Shown here: positions 11,811 through 26,800 of the stretch, piece by piece | How positions within the stretch are numbered: the first letter of the stretch is position 1 | Layout: each line of letters begins with the position of its first letter | From: Antedon mediterranea | Lineage: Eukaryota > Animalia > Echinodermata | NCBI RefSeq assembly: GCF_964355755.1 | Contig: NC_092676.1 | Coordinates: 22,090,871-22,154,870 of the forward strand | Length of the DNA: 64,000 nucleotides | Reading direction: 5' to 3' | Program-made: the position numbers and the translations under genes | Notes under the pieces: generated by a model | What the model was told of the DNA's origin: nothing | What the model saw: only the letters and a program-made list of their open reading frames with translations | The model's database searches: none

Positions 11811-14800
11811 GTAAGATTGATTTACCTTATTTTATTTTCAAACCGTTCAAATAAAGTGTCATTTATAACATATAGGGGCCTATAAAGTATAGGTTGCTGG
11901 CTTATGATATTGGTCAAACATTGAAGGTGTCTGTCCGTCCTCCTTGGTCATTTCTCTAAATTAAACGTTGCATTTCAATGTCACAGAATGTTCACATATC
12001 ACACCTATAACAAACGCTGCAAACAATAGTTCTTTATTTGCTAAGGAAGCCTATTGTTTTATTATTTACACATTACGTAGCTACACGAGGACTCTTGTTC
12101 AGTTTATAACATAAATGATGTCACTATTAATTGACTCAGGGCCTCTGTTGGCCTATTCAATTACAAAAACATTTATTTACGTTCAAAAGACAACGAGTTA
12201 TAAAAACAATAATGACAAGAGATAATTGAGAAAATGGACGAAAGCAATTGGAGAGTATTTTAAAAAAAAAATTACATATTTTTGAAAAATATACCATTCT
12301 AGTTTTATTATCCCGAATACTGAACGTGTCCATTGTAGGTCCTATACCATAATTGTAGTTAAAAATAAGTTTAATCTCGAGGTGCAATAGAAAACATTAT
12401 ACAGTATTTATAAAACAATTAAATTGTAATTCCAATATACGCTTAACGCTAAACTGGATATTAATTAATGTGTGCTAAAATGTGTATTCTATCCATGGAG
12501 GTAAAAATAAATACCTCCATGTTCTATCTATATCAAATTCACACACATTTCATATTGTAGGCCTACTGTAACGCTGAAAGCAATTACATACAATTGAAAG
12601 TAATTGTTTTAAAGCATTATCGTTGTTGTACTGCACACCGTATTTGTTTTTATTTCTGTATTTGTTTCTGTGTACCAATTTTCAGAAACTGGCTGCTGGC
12701 TGGTTTTGTATGTTTTATACCGTAGGCTTAACAATAAATAAATAACATATACATTTTACTTTTTAATATTTACTTCTTTACTTTTATTATTATATTTGTT
12801 TTAACAGAAGCAAGTGTATGCCCAAAAGGTTGCATTTGTAACTATGAGAGATATCGGGGCGCTCCTCCTAGTACTTGGTGTTATAATTGGAATACTACCA
12901 TACATACACAACTTGTATTGTACAATGAGGATAATCCTATACAAATATTGTAAGTAGTAGTTTTTGTTTTTGTATTTTAACATTAATATTTGTCTATCAC
13001 GAACAAATAACTTTCCCAGTGAGGGATAATAAATTATTTTTTTAAGTATATGATGAATAAGTATAATAAATAATTGTATCTTAATGCTCTTGAGCGTAAG
13101 TAAGAACCATTTCCTCTCCCATAAGCTCGATTCTGGAGGTCCACCAAAGCAAGAACTATAACGACTATAAAACCCAGCCAACATAACTCCCCTAATTAAC
13201 AAAAATGTAAAATAACCATTTATACATGTAAATAACTCAATCCAGAATAATTTCTGTAGACCAAAATCTAAGAATTCAATTGATAAAGGAACAGAAACAA
13301 AAATGGTGATGTCAATCAAGTGATTGGTATGAGAATTAAAATGTTAAAACTATCTTATAATATATTTTGACATCATTCAAGTACAAGAGCTGACATACCC
13401 ATGCAGTATATTGTTATGCTTTACCAATAAATACAAAATACGATATATTTGTTACCCCTCAGGCGCTGTATAGAACGGCCTGGCCAGAACGCGATTTTTT
13501 TTCGTACAGAATTTGGAGACCCCTTATGTTAAAGATAGCCGAAGTACTTCCTAAATATAACTCAACCTAACCCTTTAAATAATCTCTCTCACTATAAAGT
13601 AAAAAGAATTTACTGATGGGATTCGAACCCCATTCGACAACACAGACGGCTTGACAGAAAGGGTTTGCATTAGTGAATTGTAGATTAATTCTTACGTCAC
13701 ACCTTATTGATATGACTAATGAATATTCATGTTTATTTTGTGATGTTTCATGTACGAAAAGAAACATCGCGGCCGGAACCATAGGTACATGACGGGATCA
13801 TGACGGGACAACATTTTTACCAATATCTTATCTTATTTAAACATATCCACATGTGTGTAAATTAAATACGAAAGACCACAACAGACACACACGCAACAGT
13901 AATTTATAATATATAATGTGGTGTTAATAATAGTATATTATATTAAACATTAAATAGGGTAAAATTAGAACTTTAAAACCAGTGTGAATTCATCCAGCAT
14001 AAATAAATTAAGCTATTCATTTTGTCAGATAAAATTAGTAACAATTTAAAAAAATTACAGTAATATTATTATGTTAAATCATTAATTAATATTTCCATAA
14101 GATAGAAAATAGAACTTAAAAAAACTAGTGTAAATTCATCTGCATAAATGAATTTTAATATTTTTTTTTCAGATTAATTATAAGGAATCTTATTTTTTTT
14201 AATAGTATTTATTATTAGTAATAGGCCTATTAAATAATATTTTAGTTCATGCTTACAAATCTCTTAATTATTGTTTAGTAATTTTGTATGAGAATGAAAA
14301 TGTAAAGATTGTATTATTTTACCATGAAATTCAAGTGTAAGAGTTTTTATCTATGTTATACTTGCAATCTATTAATTAATTGTTGTCTGTGTATGAAAGT
14401 TAGAATGTTTAAATTATCTTGATTTACCATTCAGTATATATTGACATCATTTTAAGTTCAATAGTTATACCCATACAGTATAAAGTATAATGTAGTATTA
14501 CTAATGTAAATAATTTAAACATTTGAGGAAACAGAAAGACAGAATTATTGATATTGTAATTACTCCGTGTGCTTATTCTGTGCATTCTTTTTCTATTTGA
14601 GGTACGTGGATGGTAATCAAATAAGTACATTGCCAGCCAATACATTTGCTGGTTTGACAGCATTGAAATATCTGTAAGTGTATTGCTTTGTTTATGTATA
14701 TTGTCACAAAATGTATTTATGAATTTGCTTTTCTTTCATCCAATCTACATGGTAGATGGATGAAGATATTGTTTTTAACCACGTGACTATGTGGCGTAGG

Positions 14801-17800
14801 TTTGTTGTTTATGTATAATTTGTTATTGAGCTATGGAGAATTACTTCTTTTTTTTCCGAAATAAAAGATGAATGAATGAATGAATATTAATTAAGAGCAT
14901 GGTGTCTGTAAAAATCAAAGATTTGGTGGCAGATGTAAAAAAATGGATTTCTCTCAAATTTTTACCATGAATAGACATTTCAATAAAAAGCATAGGCTAT
15001 CTACAAAATTCATTTTAATTTTTAGCCTCCGTTGCCATGACAACGGTCAATTATCCAAATTTTGTTGTTTGTGCAATTTTTTCACAGATTTTCTATAGTG
15101 AAAAAGTACAAACTTGTATACTTATTTTAACCAAAAATACTTACAGTATACAGTTTTTGTTTATAGCAGTGTAAACAACATGTATTGAGTTCCATTTAAT
15201 GTAGAAAAAAAATAAATTACAAAATGGAGTTTGGTTGATACCATTATTTTAAAAAGGGGTGTTTTTAAAAAATATTTTTTTTATAAAAGTATACCTCATA
15301 AACGTACCTATAACTTCCAAAGTGGTGTTTTTAAATCAATGAGGTTTTTTAATTTGATAGTCAATAGGTTTGTCAACAATAATCACGAAAAAAACACTGG
15401 GGTAAATTTCGTACATAGGTTTTGTGTTGCCAGGAAAATACGAAAAATACAAAAAATATAACAAAGTATCAACAAACAAAACACATGAAACACAATTTAA
15501 ATATGGCTAATCCAATAATAAAATGTATATGTGGCTTGTCATAATGCTACTAGAGTCATACGAATAGTTTAGATAAAATAGGAGAATGTGTTGCCAGGTT
15601 TATTTCAATTAATTGCCAGAAAAACAGTATTTTGCATTGAAATATTTAGTTGATGGAAAATAATGTTAAACTTGGAAATAATTGCGTCAATGGTTTTTAT
15701 AAATTTTTTAATCTATTTTGTGTAAAGAGATACAGAAAGACCTCCCAAAAAATCTGACCTTGTAAATAGATCATTTGAGGTCAAAAGGGGTCAGCATGCA
15801 AAACAGGACAGGTCCCCACTTTACTACAACTATTAATGTTTGATCAAAATTTACAAGATAGTTCATAACATTCTCAACAATTTTCATATTTTACCTATAG
15901 TGTTACCCTAGCAACCATTTCTATGTGTAACTAAGGAAAGTAATTTTTAAAAAAACGTAAAAAATGGCGTTTTTATAAATACAAAGAATTGATTGCATTT
16001 GTAATTTTTCTCAATTTTACTTCTACTGCATTCCATTAATGAAAAACTTGACCTTGTAAATTCATTCATTTTGAGGTCAACATTTTACCATAGTAACTGT
16101 TTCTATGCGAAAATTTCAAAAAAATAAGGGTTTTTCATAAATACAAAACATTTTTTCTACATAGTTTTACATTTCTACTTTTTGCCAAATTTACTTTAAA
16201 TACTGAATCCTAATAATCTCAGAAAGAAAGTCTTGACGAATCTGAATAAAGGTAACAAATGATATTTAAATATGGAGTTTCATGAAAAAAAAAATTTTAC
16301 ATATTGAGGTCAAATGACATCAACATTTTACCTATAGTGTATTGTAGCAACTGTTACGTTTCTATACGTAACTAAGTACAATATTTTTAATATGGGGTTT
16401 CATGACTACAAACAATAGATTACATAGCTTTACTACCTTTTCCCAAATTTACTTATCTACTGAATCCCAGAAAATGTCTGACCTTGTGAAAGGGTCATTT
16501 GTTGGGTCAAGTTATGTCAAAATGTATTATTTATGTTATCTTACAGTAGAACCTGTTTCTATTAGGCTATGGGGCATGAGCCAAAAAGAGGCCTAGAAAA
16601 CGAATTTCGTGATCTCCTAACGGGGGGGAGGAAGATATTCACACAGTTTATAGTTAATAATTAGATTAACACAAATTCAGCCGGTCCCGCTTTCAAAAGT
16701 TACGCAATAAGTGTAATTTTAGGTGTAAAAAAATCGAATTTCTCAACATAAAGAAATACATAGAAATAGCGCCCTCTATTTTGTATATTTTCTGTTAGTG
16801 TTAGTACTGGATAAAATACAATCGTTCCATTGGAATAACTTATACTGTATCTTTCTTTCACATTTAACATGCAATATTTTTATCATAATTTTGAGATTAA
16901 TATTGTAGTCCTTGTAAGAAATGTATCTGTTAGTAAACCTTAATTAATATTTATTTAAGCACACTGAAAAGAAGATGCATTTTCAATCTTTATAATTCAT
17001 GACTATGCTGTCACAAAATATTTATTAATATTATCTCTCCTATATAATTGCAACTTTTTGTTTTCATTGGATGCATAACATAGAATTATAATCAATTAGT
17101 AATAAATCAAATGTTGCATTATTGTTTTCATTGTAGATGTATAACATAGAATTATAATCAATTAGTAACAAATAAATGAAATTATTACAGCAAAGTTTCT
17201 TATAATACTCCTGTTTCTTAATATTGCTTATCATCTCATGGGTTCTTTATTTTATACTTTCTCATGGTTCATCCGTTATGTTACAAAATAGTTAAGTTAC
17301 AAAATAGTTTAATATAAATTTACATTTTATACTAATAGGCATATTAATGTATTGTAAGCATCAAAGTAGAAAGTTTCTTATAATACTCCTGTGTCTTAAT
17401 ATCGCTTATCATCTCATGGTTCATCCATTACGTTACAAAATAGTTAAGTTACAAAATAGTTTAATATAAATTTACATTTTATAGGCATATTAATGTATTG
17501 TAAGCATCAAAGTAGAAAGTTTCTTATAATACTCCTGTGTCTTAATATTGCTTATCACCTCATGGGTTCTTTATTTATACTTTCTCATGGTTCATCCTTT
17601 ACGTTACAAAATAGTTAAGTTACAAAATAGTTTAATATAAATTTACATATTATAGGCCTATTACATTAAAATCATGTAGACCAAGTAAAATGAACATTTG
17701 TAAACCATAAATTACACTTAAACTACACTAAAAAGTTCTTCCTGCTCAAACTCTTCCTCATCATCGCTATCATCTCCATCAATTTCAAACATCTGATGTA

Positions 17801-20800
17801 TGAAGAAGATTGTTACAGTTTTTGCACGAGCATAATTCTGTACAAGAGAATCCTAAGGATACACAGCATTTTTCATTTGCAACCCCTTCATTGCATTTTG
17901 ACTTTTTACATGACCAGGATGACAATTCGAGAATGCTGTGTAGAGCAGGTTGCTTCTCCATCCAGTCAATTACGAGTTTATTATCGGCCATCTTCCACCC
18001 ATTTCCAACAGGAGATGGAGCATTTTGTTGTTGAATAAAACTAGCTTTGTGAATTGAAGCTTGAGAATTGGCATGCTGAATATGTTTATATACAGTATCT
18101 TTATTGTGTGGCATCATATTTTCAGCTCTTGCATTCATTGAGAACATTGCATACCTTACTTCATTGACAGATTGGTTCTTGTGACAATACTGTACAGCCT
18201 ACATACAAATGTTTCTAGATCACAAAGTAATTTATCTGAAAGTTTGCTGGTAGAATTGCCCAATGAAAAGAATGCATAAATTAGAGTTTTCCATTACGAG
18301 TTTCATTGCCTTCACTTTACCGTTCCCAAAAAAAGCGCTGACTGAATCGCATCCTGTGAAGCAATGTAGTCTAATTAATGCATTTGAAACATCATTTCCA
18401 ATATGTTCCTGAATAGCCTGCAGATGAATTGTTCGGAGATTAGCATCTTTTCCAGTATTGAAATATAGGTGAGAGCCATGCAGACTTTTGCAAAATGCCA
18501 ATCCAATAATAAAAACATCATCAGTGTCAGGGCTGATTGTAACAATATCTTTACCACCATGGTGTGCAGCATACTTCGCATACAGAAACATTCTGGTGTC
18601 TGCCTCTTCTTGATTAAAACTTTTCCATTTGATTCTGAAATAGAATTGCATAATAATGATGATGTTATGAATACATTTATTCCCTTGAGGTGATCTGCTT
18701 CACACATGCTTCATATTTGAAAGAAGAACTTGATTAGCAGATAAAAATGTTTTCAACTGTTCTGGAATTTGCTGTTCGGCTTTTGGTATTTTAATTGTTT
18801 GTGAGCCGATGGCTACTCTTCGACTTCGTTCAGCATTTTTTATGCAGTTTGTGTAATTGCTACATGTGATCGCAGAACTCTCCTTCGTTTAGTAACTCTT
18901 CTGTTGACTCTAATCCTTGAAATTCTTCTGTAAAAAAAAAGAATACTAATTAATATTTATGATTCTAAATGTTTGTGTAATAAATATAATAATATAATCA
19001 GTTCAGTATCATCTATACACTATTTAATATTGCAGTACAAGAATTCAAATAATATGTCTCAAATAACAACATAAAGCATCAGGTTGGTCCATTCTGTCCT
19101 TGCCTGAGGCTACTTGCCAAGGTTTGCATGCATTACCACATTGAATAATAAAATGCAAATGTTTTTTCCCAAGATGGAGGTACCATCAAACTAGGTCCAC
19201 TACACAATAATACTGGGGCCACCCTAGCTAGGCCTAATTCATATTGTAATTATGGGTTCATTTTTTTTTTGGCCCAGATATTTAAAAAAAATTATATACT
19301 AGGCCTAGCCTACTCTACGTAGGCTTAATACATATTAAAAAAATAAACTTTGTAGACTACCCACCGCCAACCTACCTAGCTAGGCTTTTTTTAGCAAGGC
19401 AGTATGATATGAACTAATTACTGGGCCTAGCTAGCCTAGGCTAGACCTATCATTAAAACAAATAGAATTTACCTTCTTCATTGTTGGATGAATTAACATC
19501 CTCTATTTCATATTTTACTGCTCGCCTTTGTTTGCTACAATCAGTGAAATATTGATAGCATCTTTTTATGACATCCAGCGTCGCCAGGAATTGGTAACAA
19601 GTATTGGTAAGCTCCTCTCAATATTTTCAAAAGGATTTGCGGCTACAAAACTCCTTTTGATTGCCGCTTAGATTGCACCAACTTTTTGTACACATTAAAA
19701 AAGTTTTCCATTTGGTTTCTGTGAATGTTAATATTGTCCCAGAATTAGATGTATTGTGTCAATAACAACGTTTTTGATCATCAGAAGATGACATCTTCCT
19801 GCTCCGCGCTCCAGAAGAACAACACATGTTTGTTTACAATCGTCTAGTAGCCGTATCCCGCTGTGTAAGGGAATCTGATTGGACAGTTACTGTTGCACAG
19901 CTCCATGAGTTAAAAGACAAATTTTTTGATTGGTCAATTGTGCGACCTGTACTGACCTACAAAAATTTTCTATATCGCAATAAAATACATATAAAAACAA
20001 ACATATTTCGTTGACGCGTAAAATTTACAAGCGGGACCGGCCAGTTTAAGGTTATCTATATTTTTGTTATAATTGTCATAGCAATTTTATTCTCCCCCCC
20101 GATAGGGGATCACGAAATGAAACGATAGAAGGCCATGCCCCATAGCCTATATGCGTAACTAAGGATAATTGTTTTTCGCGCCGCGGCTCTAGCCAGCTAT
20201 GTCCCAGGAGGACACATTCATTAATAAGCTGTTTCATAGCGGTAGCTTTAGTATCTAAGGCTGACAGTTTTGTGAATTTGGAAACTCGACTATAATTTAT
20301 AGGTAGCTGCTGGACCCAAAAAACGTCTGGGAGAAGAGAGTCTATATGAAAGCCTTTGCTGATAATACAGTATTATTGAGATGTAGACGGAAATCTGTAA
20401 AATCTTGATCAATAAATAATAACTTCGTTTTTGCTGTCAACCAGGCCGGTATTATAATAAGTCACTGTCAAATAATCATTCGATAATGGTCAAAACTTTA
20501 TTTTGGCTCTGTCAACATAAAGGGAGGTATTTACAATGACTTTCTTTGACTGTCAATCTAGGCCAATGTTATAATAATACGCCGTCAGATATTAAATCAT
20601 TGAAACAGTCCTCGTAAATTTTTTGTTGGTTATCAGATGCCGTGGGGGGTCCAATCAATTATCGTCAGAAGGTGAACAATCAGTCTAGGTAGCAGCAGCA
20701 GAACGCCTGCTCCATTAATTAATCCAGAAAAAGGTTTGTACATTATCTATTTGTTAATTAGCCTTCTCCTAACACAATTATATTTTCTTTAAAAAAAAGG

Positions 20801-23800
20801 TTTTATAAGTGGTTTCAACATTTATGACAGTAATGTCTCTATTTAAAACTAAGATATCTTAGTTTTTAATAGAGATATCTTAGTTTTTAATAGAGATATC
20901 TTAAATAAGATATCTCTATTTAAAACTAAGATATCTCTATTAAAAACTAAGATATCTCTATTGCTTGAATAAATGACAGCTTGGCGCGCCATATGAAAGT
21001 GTTGGTGAATTCATAATTATACTTAATATTATATTTATTTATATATATATATATATAATTATATTATTATACAATTGAAAGCAAAACCCGTTGAATCTCA
21101 AATCATTAGGACTAGAAATTTGGCTTATCAATCAAATAAATACTTTCGTTCAAAATGAAACTCCAACCTCTCTAATCAAAAGATTGAACTCGAAAACGGA
21201 CCGTTTTTTTGAATTGGGTATGTTGAAACATTTCAATATTCATTTAAAAAAGTACATTAATTATGGTATTGATCAGTGGCTATAGAGGCGTAAAAACCCT
21301 CGGTCAATATCATGTAAAATGCACTGTGGAAGGGTCATTATTAAGACTGCAAAATTGGGCTTATCAACAAATAAATACTTTCGTTCAAAATGTAAAATCA
21401 AGGCTGAAAAATTGGGCTTATCAACAACAAAATATTTTATTATTAGACGCGATAACATCAAGGATAATCAGTATAATTATTAATATAGCCACTGTTACTA
21501 GTTTTATTCTACATGCTAAAGTAAATAAAAATCCACTAGAAAACAAGCAAGTCTGAATGTTATGCTTATTAGCCATGTTATGTTTGTTACTGTAGGCCTA
21601 TGATTGTTTGTAATGTCCACATATTATTTCCGTGGGCATATCCATAGTGTATCACTCACAAAAAAGACGTGTGAGGTTCTTTCTTTAGATTTTCAAGAAT
21701 GATTTGTGTTACAGGTTGACACAAGAGTCAAATGCTCAAGATATCGGCTAACGCCATGGAACCCTTGGCTTATCAATGAATAATAAATACAGTACTACTT
21801 TCGTTCAATTGAAATCGGAATCTGACCGTTTCATTAAATTGGGTGTGATTAGGCCTAAACATATAATAATTTATTAAAAAGGTACAATAAAAACAAATGC
21901 ATCAGAGGCGTAAAGAACCCACGGTCAATATCATGTAAAATGTATATGGTATACGCACTGTGGAAGGGGTCATTATTATTAAACTGGAAAATTCGGCTTA
22001 TCAACAAATAAATACTTTCGTTTAAAATGTAAAATAAGACTGCCAAATTGGGCTTATCAACAAATAAATACTTTCGTTCAAAATGTAAAATAAGACTGCA
22101 CAATTGGGCTTATCAACAAATAAAATACTTTTTTTTCAAAATGTAAAATTAAAACTGGAAAATTGGGCTTATAAACAAATAAATACTTTTTTTCAAAATG
22201 TAAAATTAAGACTGGAAAATTGGGCTTATAAACAAATAAATACTTCCGTTCAAAATGTAAGAAAACATTTTTTAAATATAATCCTTAAGCTCTGTCTATT
22301 ATACTATCAAACTAAATATGATGTGCCCATATTATATAGACATGACGATGTCATATCACTACGATAATCGGGCATATCACTACCATATTTGGGCACATCA
22401 TACTTTTTTTGTTAAACTAGTTGGGACAGTGTAGACACAGAACTATGTGATCGAAACATAAGTCGGAATTGGACTGACGCGATTGATTTAATTGAGTATT
22501 TTTATTAATGTAATGATTCATTAAAAACTATAATACCGATACGCGTTTGGTACAATGGGGCAAAAAACCCTGAGAAATAATGTTATAACGCGATTTGGTG
22601 ATAGCTTAGCAATAATACAACCCATATAAAATAAATGTTATTCTACAGACAGTAATTATATATTCAAAAGCCATATTATTATTATTATCAATACCTAAAT
22701 GCGATAGTAATAACCACATACATTATTCCCAATACAAGTTTGTGCGTTTAATTCTAGAAAGAAACGACTGTGCTGACAGGCCAATGACATAAATCACAAG
22801 TAAAGTCCCAATTGTTCACTTGCGTTTTGATTGACCGACCTATTATATTAGATTAATGAAGACTGTTCTTACAACTGTCCAGTCAAAAAGTTACGCGGCG
22901 TTTTTTGTAAGAAATATTTCTTGTTTAAATACAGTTGAACCTCCCGTAAGTGGCCACCCTCGGGACCTGGAAAAGTGGCCGCTTACGGGCGGTGACCCCT
23001 TACGGGAGGTTCTGCCGATAAAGGGCCAAAATCACTTATTATGGCTATATACGATATTCTTAACGATCAATTTTCCAGCTAATTGTAGGCCTATTATTAT
23101 TTATAATCAGGTGGTTTAGTATTTTTTAGCATTTTCAAACAAATTTTAAAAACTTTTATCATATCAAAAATGGTCGGTCAAAATCTGTGTAGTTTTCTCA
23201 TCTCTTCACAGTAATGTTTTTAAAACCTCTTCAAAATAAAGCTAATATATAAAGAAATACAATAAACATGCACCTCTAATTCATAGGTCCATGCAATAAG
23301 TATCACATTTTTCGATTGGCCGCTTACAAAAAATCTCATTTTTAGTATAAAAAGGTGCCCGCAGCTACTTACGGTAAGCACCAAATGCACTAATTAGATA
23401 GGAAGAACAAACAGGCTTTTCAAAATGCGTCCGTTGAGGGAGGTGGCCGCTGTAAATAAAATATGGGGTTTCATGAATAAAAATAATCACAGAAGAAAGT
23501 GCTTACGAATATGACCTTGTGAAATGGTAATTTGAAAATGCAAATAAGGCATGCCTGCTAATACTCTACAAATTTAAAATTGTATGAGATAAATATGCAA
23601 AATCTAAAGAATATCTCATTTTTAGTTACCATAGTAACTGTTGCTATCCATAACTAAGGGAAATTAAATAATTATCAGATAATTATTAATTAATAATTAA
23701 TACTGAATCCAACCATCACAGTAAAAAAAATATAGAATTTAAAACCAATATGTAATAATAAAGTGTGATATTTTACATGCTGACCTTAAATGAAATGAAA

Positions 23801-26800
23801 TTTCAAATCAGGGCTTCAATATTTGTTATGTAGCATTAACATACCTGAGTATATCATTGACTTTTGATTGGTTCTATTTTGGGGAGGGGAAAGTGGTAGA
23901 TCCAGGACTTTTAAATAGTTAGGGGGTTGAAGGCGAGGGTCTAAAAACTTAACTTTATGTCCTATCTTTTGCATTGCAATTTTTAACTTGGGGTGGGTGG
24001 GGGCTTGGAGAAAGGGGGAGGGGGTGGGATTGAGGAGTTTGAATCCGTCTATTCATTGGGGCGATAGTAGCGGCAGTGTGGGTGGTGCTTGAATGCATGC
24101 ATTTAACACTCTATAGTGGATGATCGACCAAAGTGTTGCAGTTTATCTTTTTGTGGTTATAGTCGGGGTAGGGGGGGAGGGGTGGTAGTCGAAAGTGGTG
24201 GTGGATGGGCATGTGGGATCTGCTTAGGTTAGCAAATAAAAGAAGTAAACAAATGAAAGAGGAGCTTCAAAATAAGAGAGGAGTAATCTGTTGCAAAGAT
24301 TAAAATTCACAACGATCTGATAATTTATTCAAATTTCCAGAGGATATAACCTATAAAATGACATTAAAACTGGGAATTACAGAATCTATAATTAAAAATT
24401 AATTTTTTTTCTCACAACACAACTAGAACTATATAAAACATTAAGAATTTTTCTGACCAATGAGTTTCAAATCAAATAATCAAAGAAAATAAAATGTTTT
24501 TACTAATATACCATGTTTTTTTGTTATAAAAATGCCTATGTTTCTCGCAACACTGCTTGTAGATTTTAAATTTACCCCAGTATTTTATTTTAGAAATCAA
24601 TTATTAAACATTAGAACTACCTATTTGTAATAAATCAGCTAAAAAAAAACACCACTTTGGGCATTATGGTGAAGTAAAGTTTAGTTGCATTGAACAATTT
24701 AAAAAAAGTGAAAAACACCCCTTTTTAAATAAATGGTATCTCCCAAAGTATGAAGTAAAAAAAAATTAAAAAATTTGAAACAGGTACACAATGCATTGTT
24801 ATTATGCATACACTAATTATTTTTTTATAATTAAATGAACAAAACAAAAATATCGTTCATCAAAGTAGTACCAATATCCATTTTAAAAAACCTTAAAAAA
24901 GGACAAAATTTGTCAAAAACACAAATTTGGCCGTTGCCATGGAAATATACGTGTGAAATAAAAAATACTTCATATTTGATTTCTCTCAACACATATATAG
25001 CCATGTGCAAAATTTGAAAGAAATCCATTTTTTTGAGTCTGCCACTCTTTTTGATATTTCTTCTTTGATTCTTACAGACAATGGCTCTTAATATGTCAAT
25101 AGGTTAAAATTAGAACGTTAAAACCAGTGTGAATTCATCCAGCATAAATAAATTACGTTATTCATTTTTGTCAGAAACAGTATTAACAATTGAAAATTAT
25201 TACAGTATTATTATTGTGTTAATTCATATTTCCATAGGATAAAAAATAGGACTTTAAAAACAGGTGTAAATTAATCCAGTAAATTACTGAATTATGATAT
25301 TACTTCGATATTAACAATTAAGGAGTTTTATTTTTTTTAATAATTTGTATTAATAATATTAAATAATTGTGAAACTAATATCTCTTTCAAACTTTCAATT
25401 ACTTAATTAATTGTAGCAATTTTGTATAAGAAATAAAATGTTAAAATTATCTTAATTTAACATAGTATATAATTATGTTGACATCATTCAAGAAATAGAG
25501 TTGATACTAAACCCATGCAGTATAACTATAATGTTACTAATGTAGATAATTTATACATTTGAGGAAACAGAGAGACACAAATAATTGATATTGTAATTAC
25601 TCCATGCTTATTCTGTGCATTCTTTTTCTATTTGAGGTACTTGTCTTATAATCAAATAAGTACATTGTCAGCCAATGCATTTGTTGGTTTGACAGCATTG
25701 GAAGAACTGTAAGTGTATTGCTTTTTTACATATTTACAAGTTTGTCTTTATTTACTAATTATATTACACATTAATAACAATTATTATTTTTATAGGTTAA
25801 AAATAGAACTTTAAAAACAGAATTTTAATATAATTTTTTCAGGTTAATTATAAGGAGTCTTATTTTTTCTCAAATAGTATTTATTATTAGTATATTAAAT
25901 TATATTTTAAATTATTATCTTGTCCATGCTTGCAATCACTGAATTATTGTTTAGTAATTTTGTATGAGAATGAAAATGTAAAGATTGTATTATTTTATCA
26001 TTAAATTCAAGTGTAAGAGTTTTTATCTATGTTATACTTGCAATCTATTAATTAATTGTTGTCTGTGTATGAAAGTTAGAATGTTTAAATTATCTTAATT
26101 TACCATTCAGTATATATTGACATCATTTTAAGTTCAATAGTTATACCCATACAGTATAAAGTATAATGTAGTATTACTAATGTAAATAATTTAAACATTT
26201 GAGGATTCAAACAGAAAGACAGAATTATTGATATTGTAATTACTCCGTGTGCTTATTCTGTGCATTCTTTTTCTATTGGAGGCACTTGAATGGTAATCAA
26301 ATAAGTACATTGCCAGCCAATGCATTTGCTGGTTTGACAGCATTGAAATATCTGTAAGTGTATTGCTTTGTTTATGTATATTGTCACAAAATGTATTTAT
26401 GAATTTGCTTTTCCTTCATCCAATCTACATGGTAGATGGATGAAGATATTGTTTTTAACCACCTGACTATGTGGCGTAGGTTTTTTTTTTATTATAATCT
26501 ATATATTATACATTGTTGTTGTTTATATATAATTTGTTATTGAGTTAGGGAGAATTACTTTTTTTTTCCGAAATAAAAGATGAATGAATGAATGAATATT
26601 AATTAATATTTCAATAGGTTAAAATTAGAAAGTTAAAACTACGTGTGAATTCATCCAGCATAAATAAATTACGTTATTCATTTTTGTCAGAAACAGTATT
26701 AACAATTGAAAATTATTACAGTATTATTATTGTGTTAATTCATATTTCTATAGGATAAAAAATAGGACTTTAAAAACAGGTGTAAATTAATCCAGTAAAT

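Larger units (their letters stand above)
14895..25087. mobile_element. Sola3-like non-autonomous DNA transposon (about 10.2 kb including nested elements)
   Basis: GAG...CTC termini with TTAA TSD (14891-14894, 25088-25091) and long imperfect TIRs of several hundred bp. Paralogous units show the empty site attaaTTAAtatttcaatagg. Confidence 0.8.

Noticed and set aside
12990-13320. Possible mitochondrial insertion (minus-strand LAGFYS and FGGPP recall ND5/ND2) and ORF 12801-13319
   Set aside because: Only 5-6 residue resemblances with no sustained match by eye, and the ORF overlaps the LRRNT exon antisense. A blastn against mitogenomes would settle it.
23875-24220. G-rich tract with G-quadruplex potential
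   Set aside because: Low-complexity internal sequence of the Sola3 element with no evidence of function.
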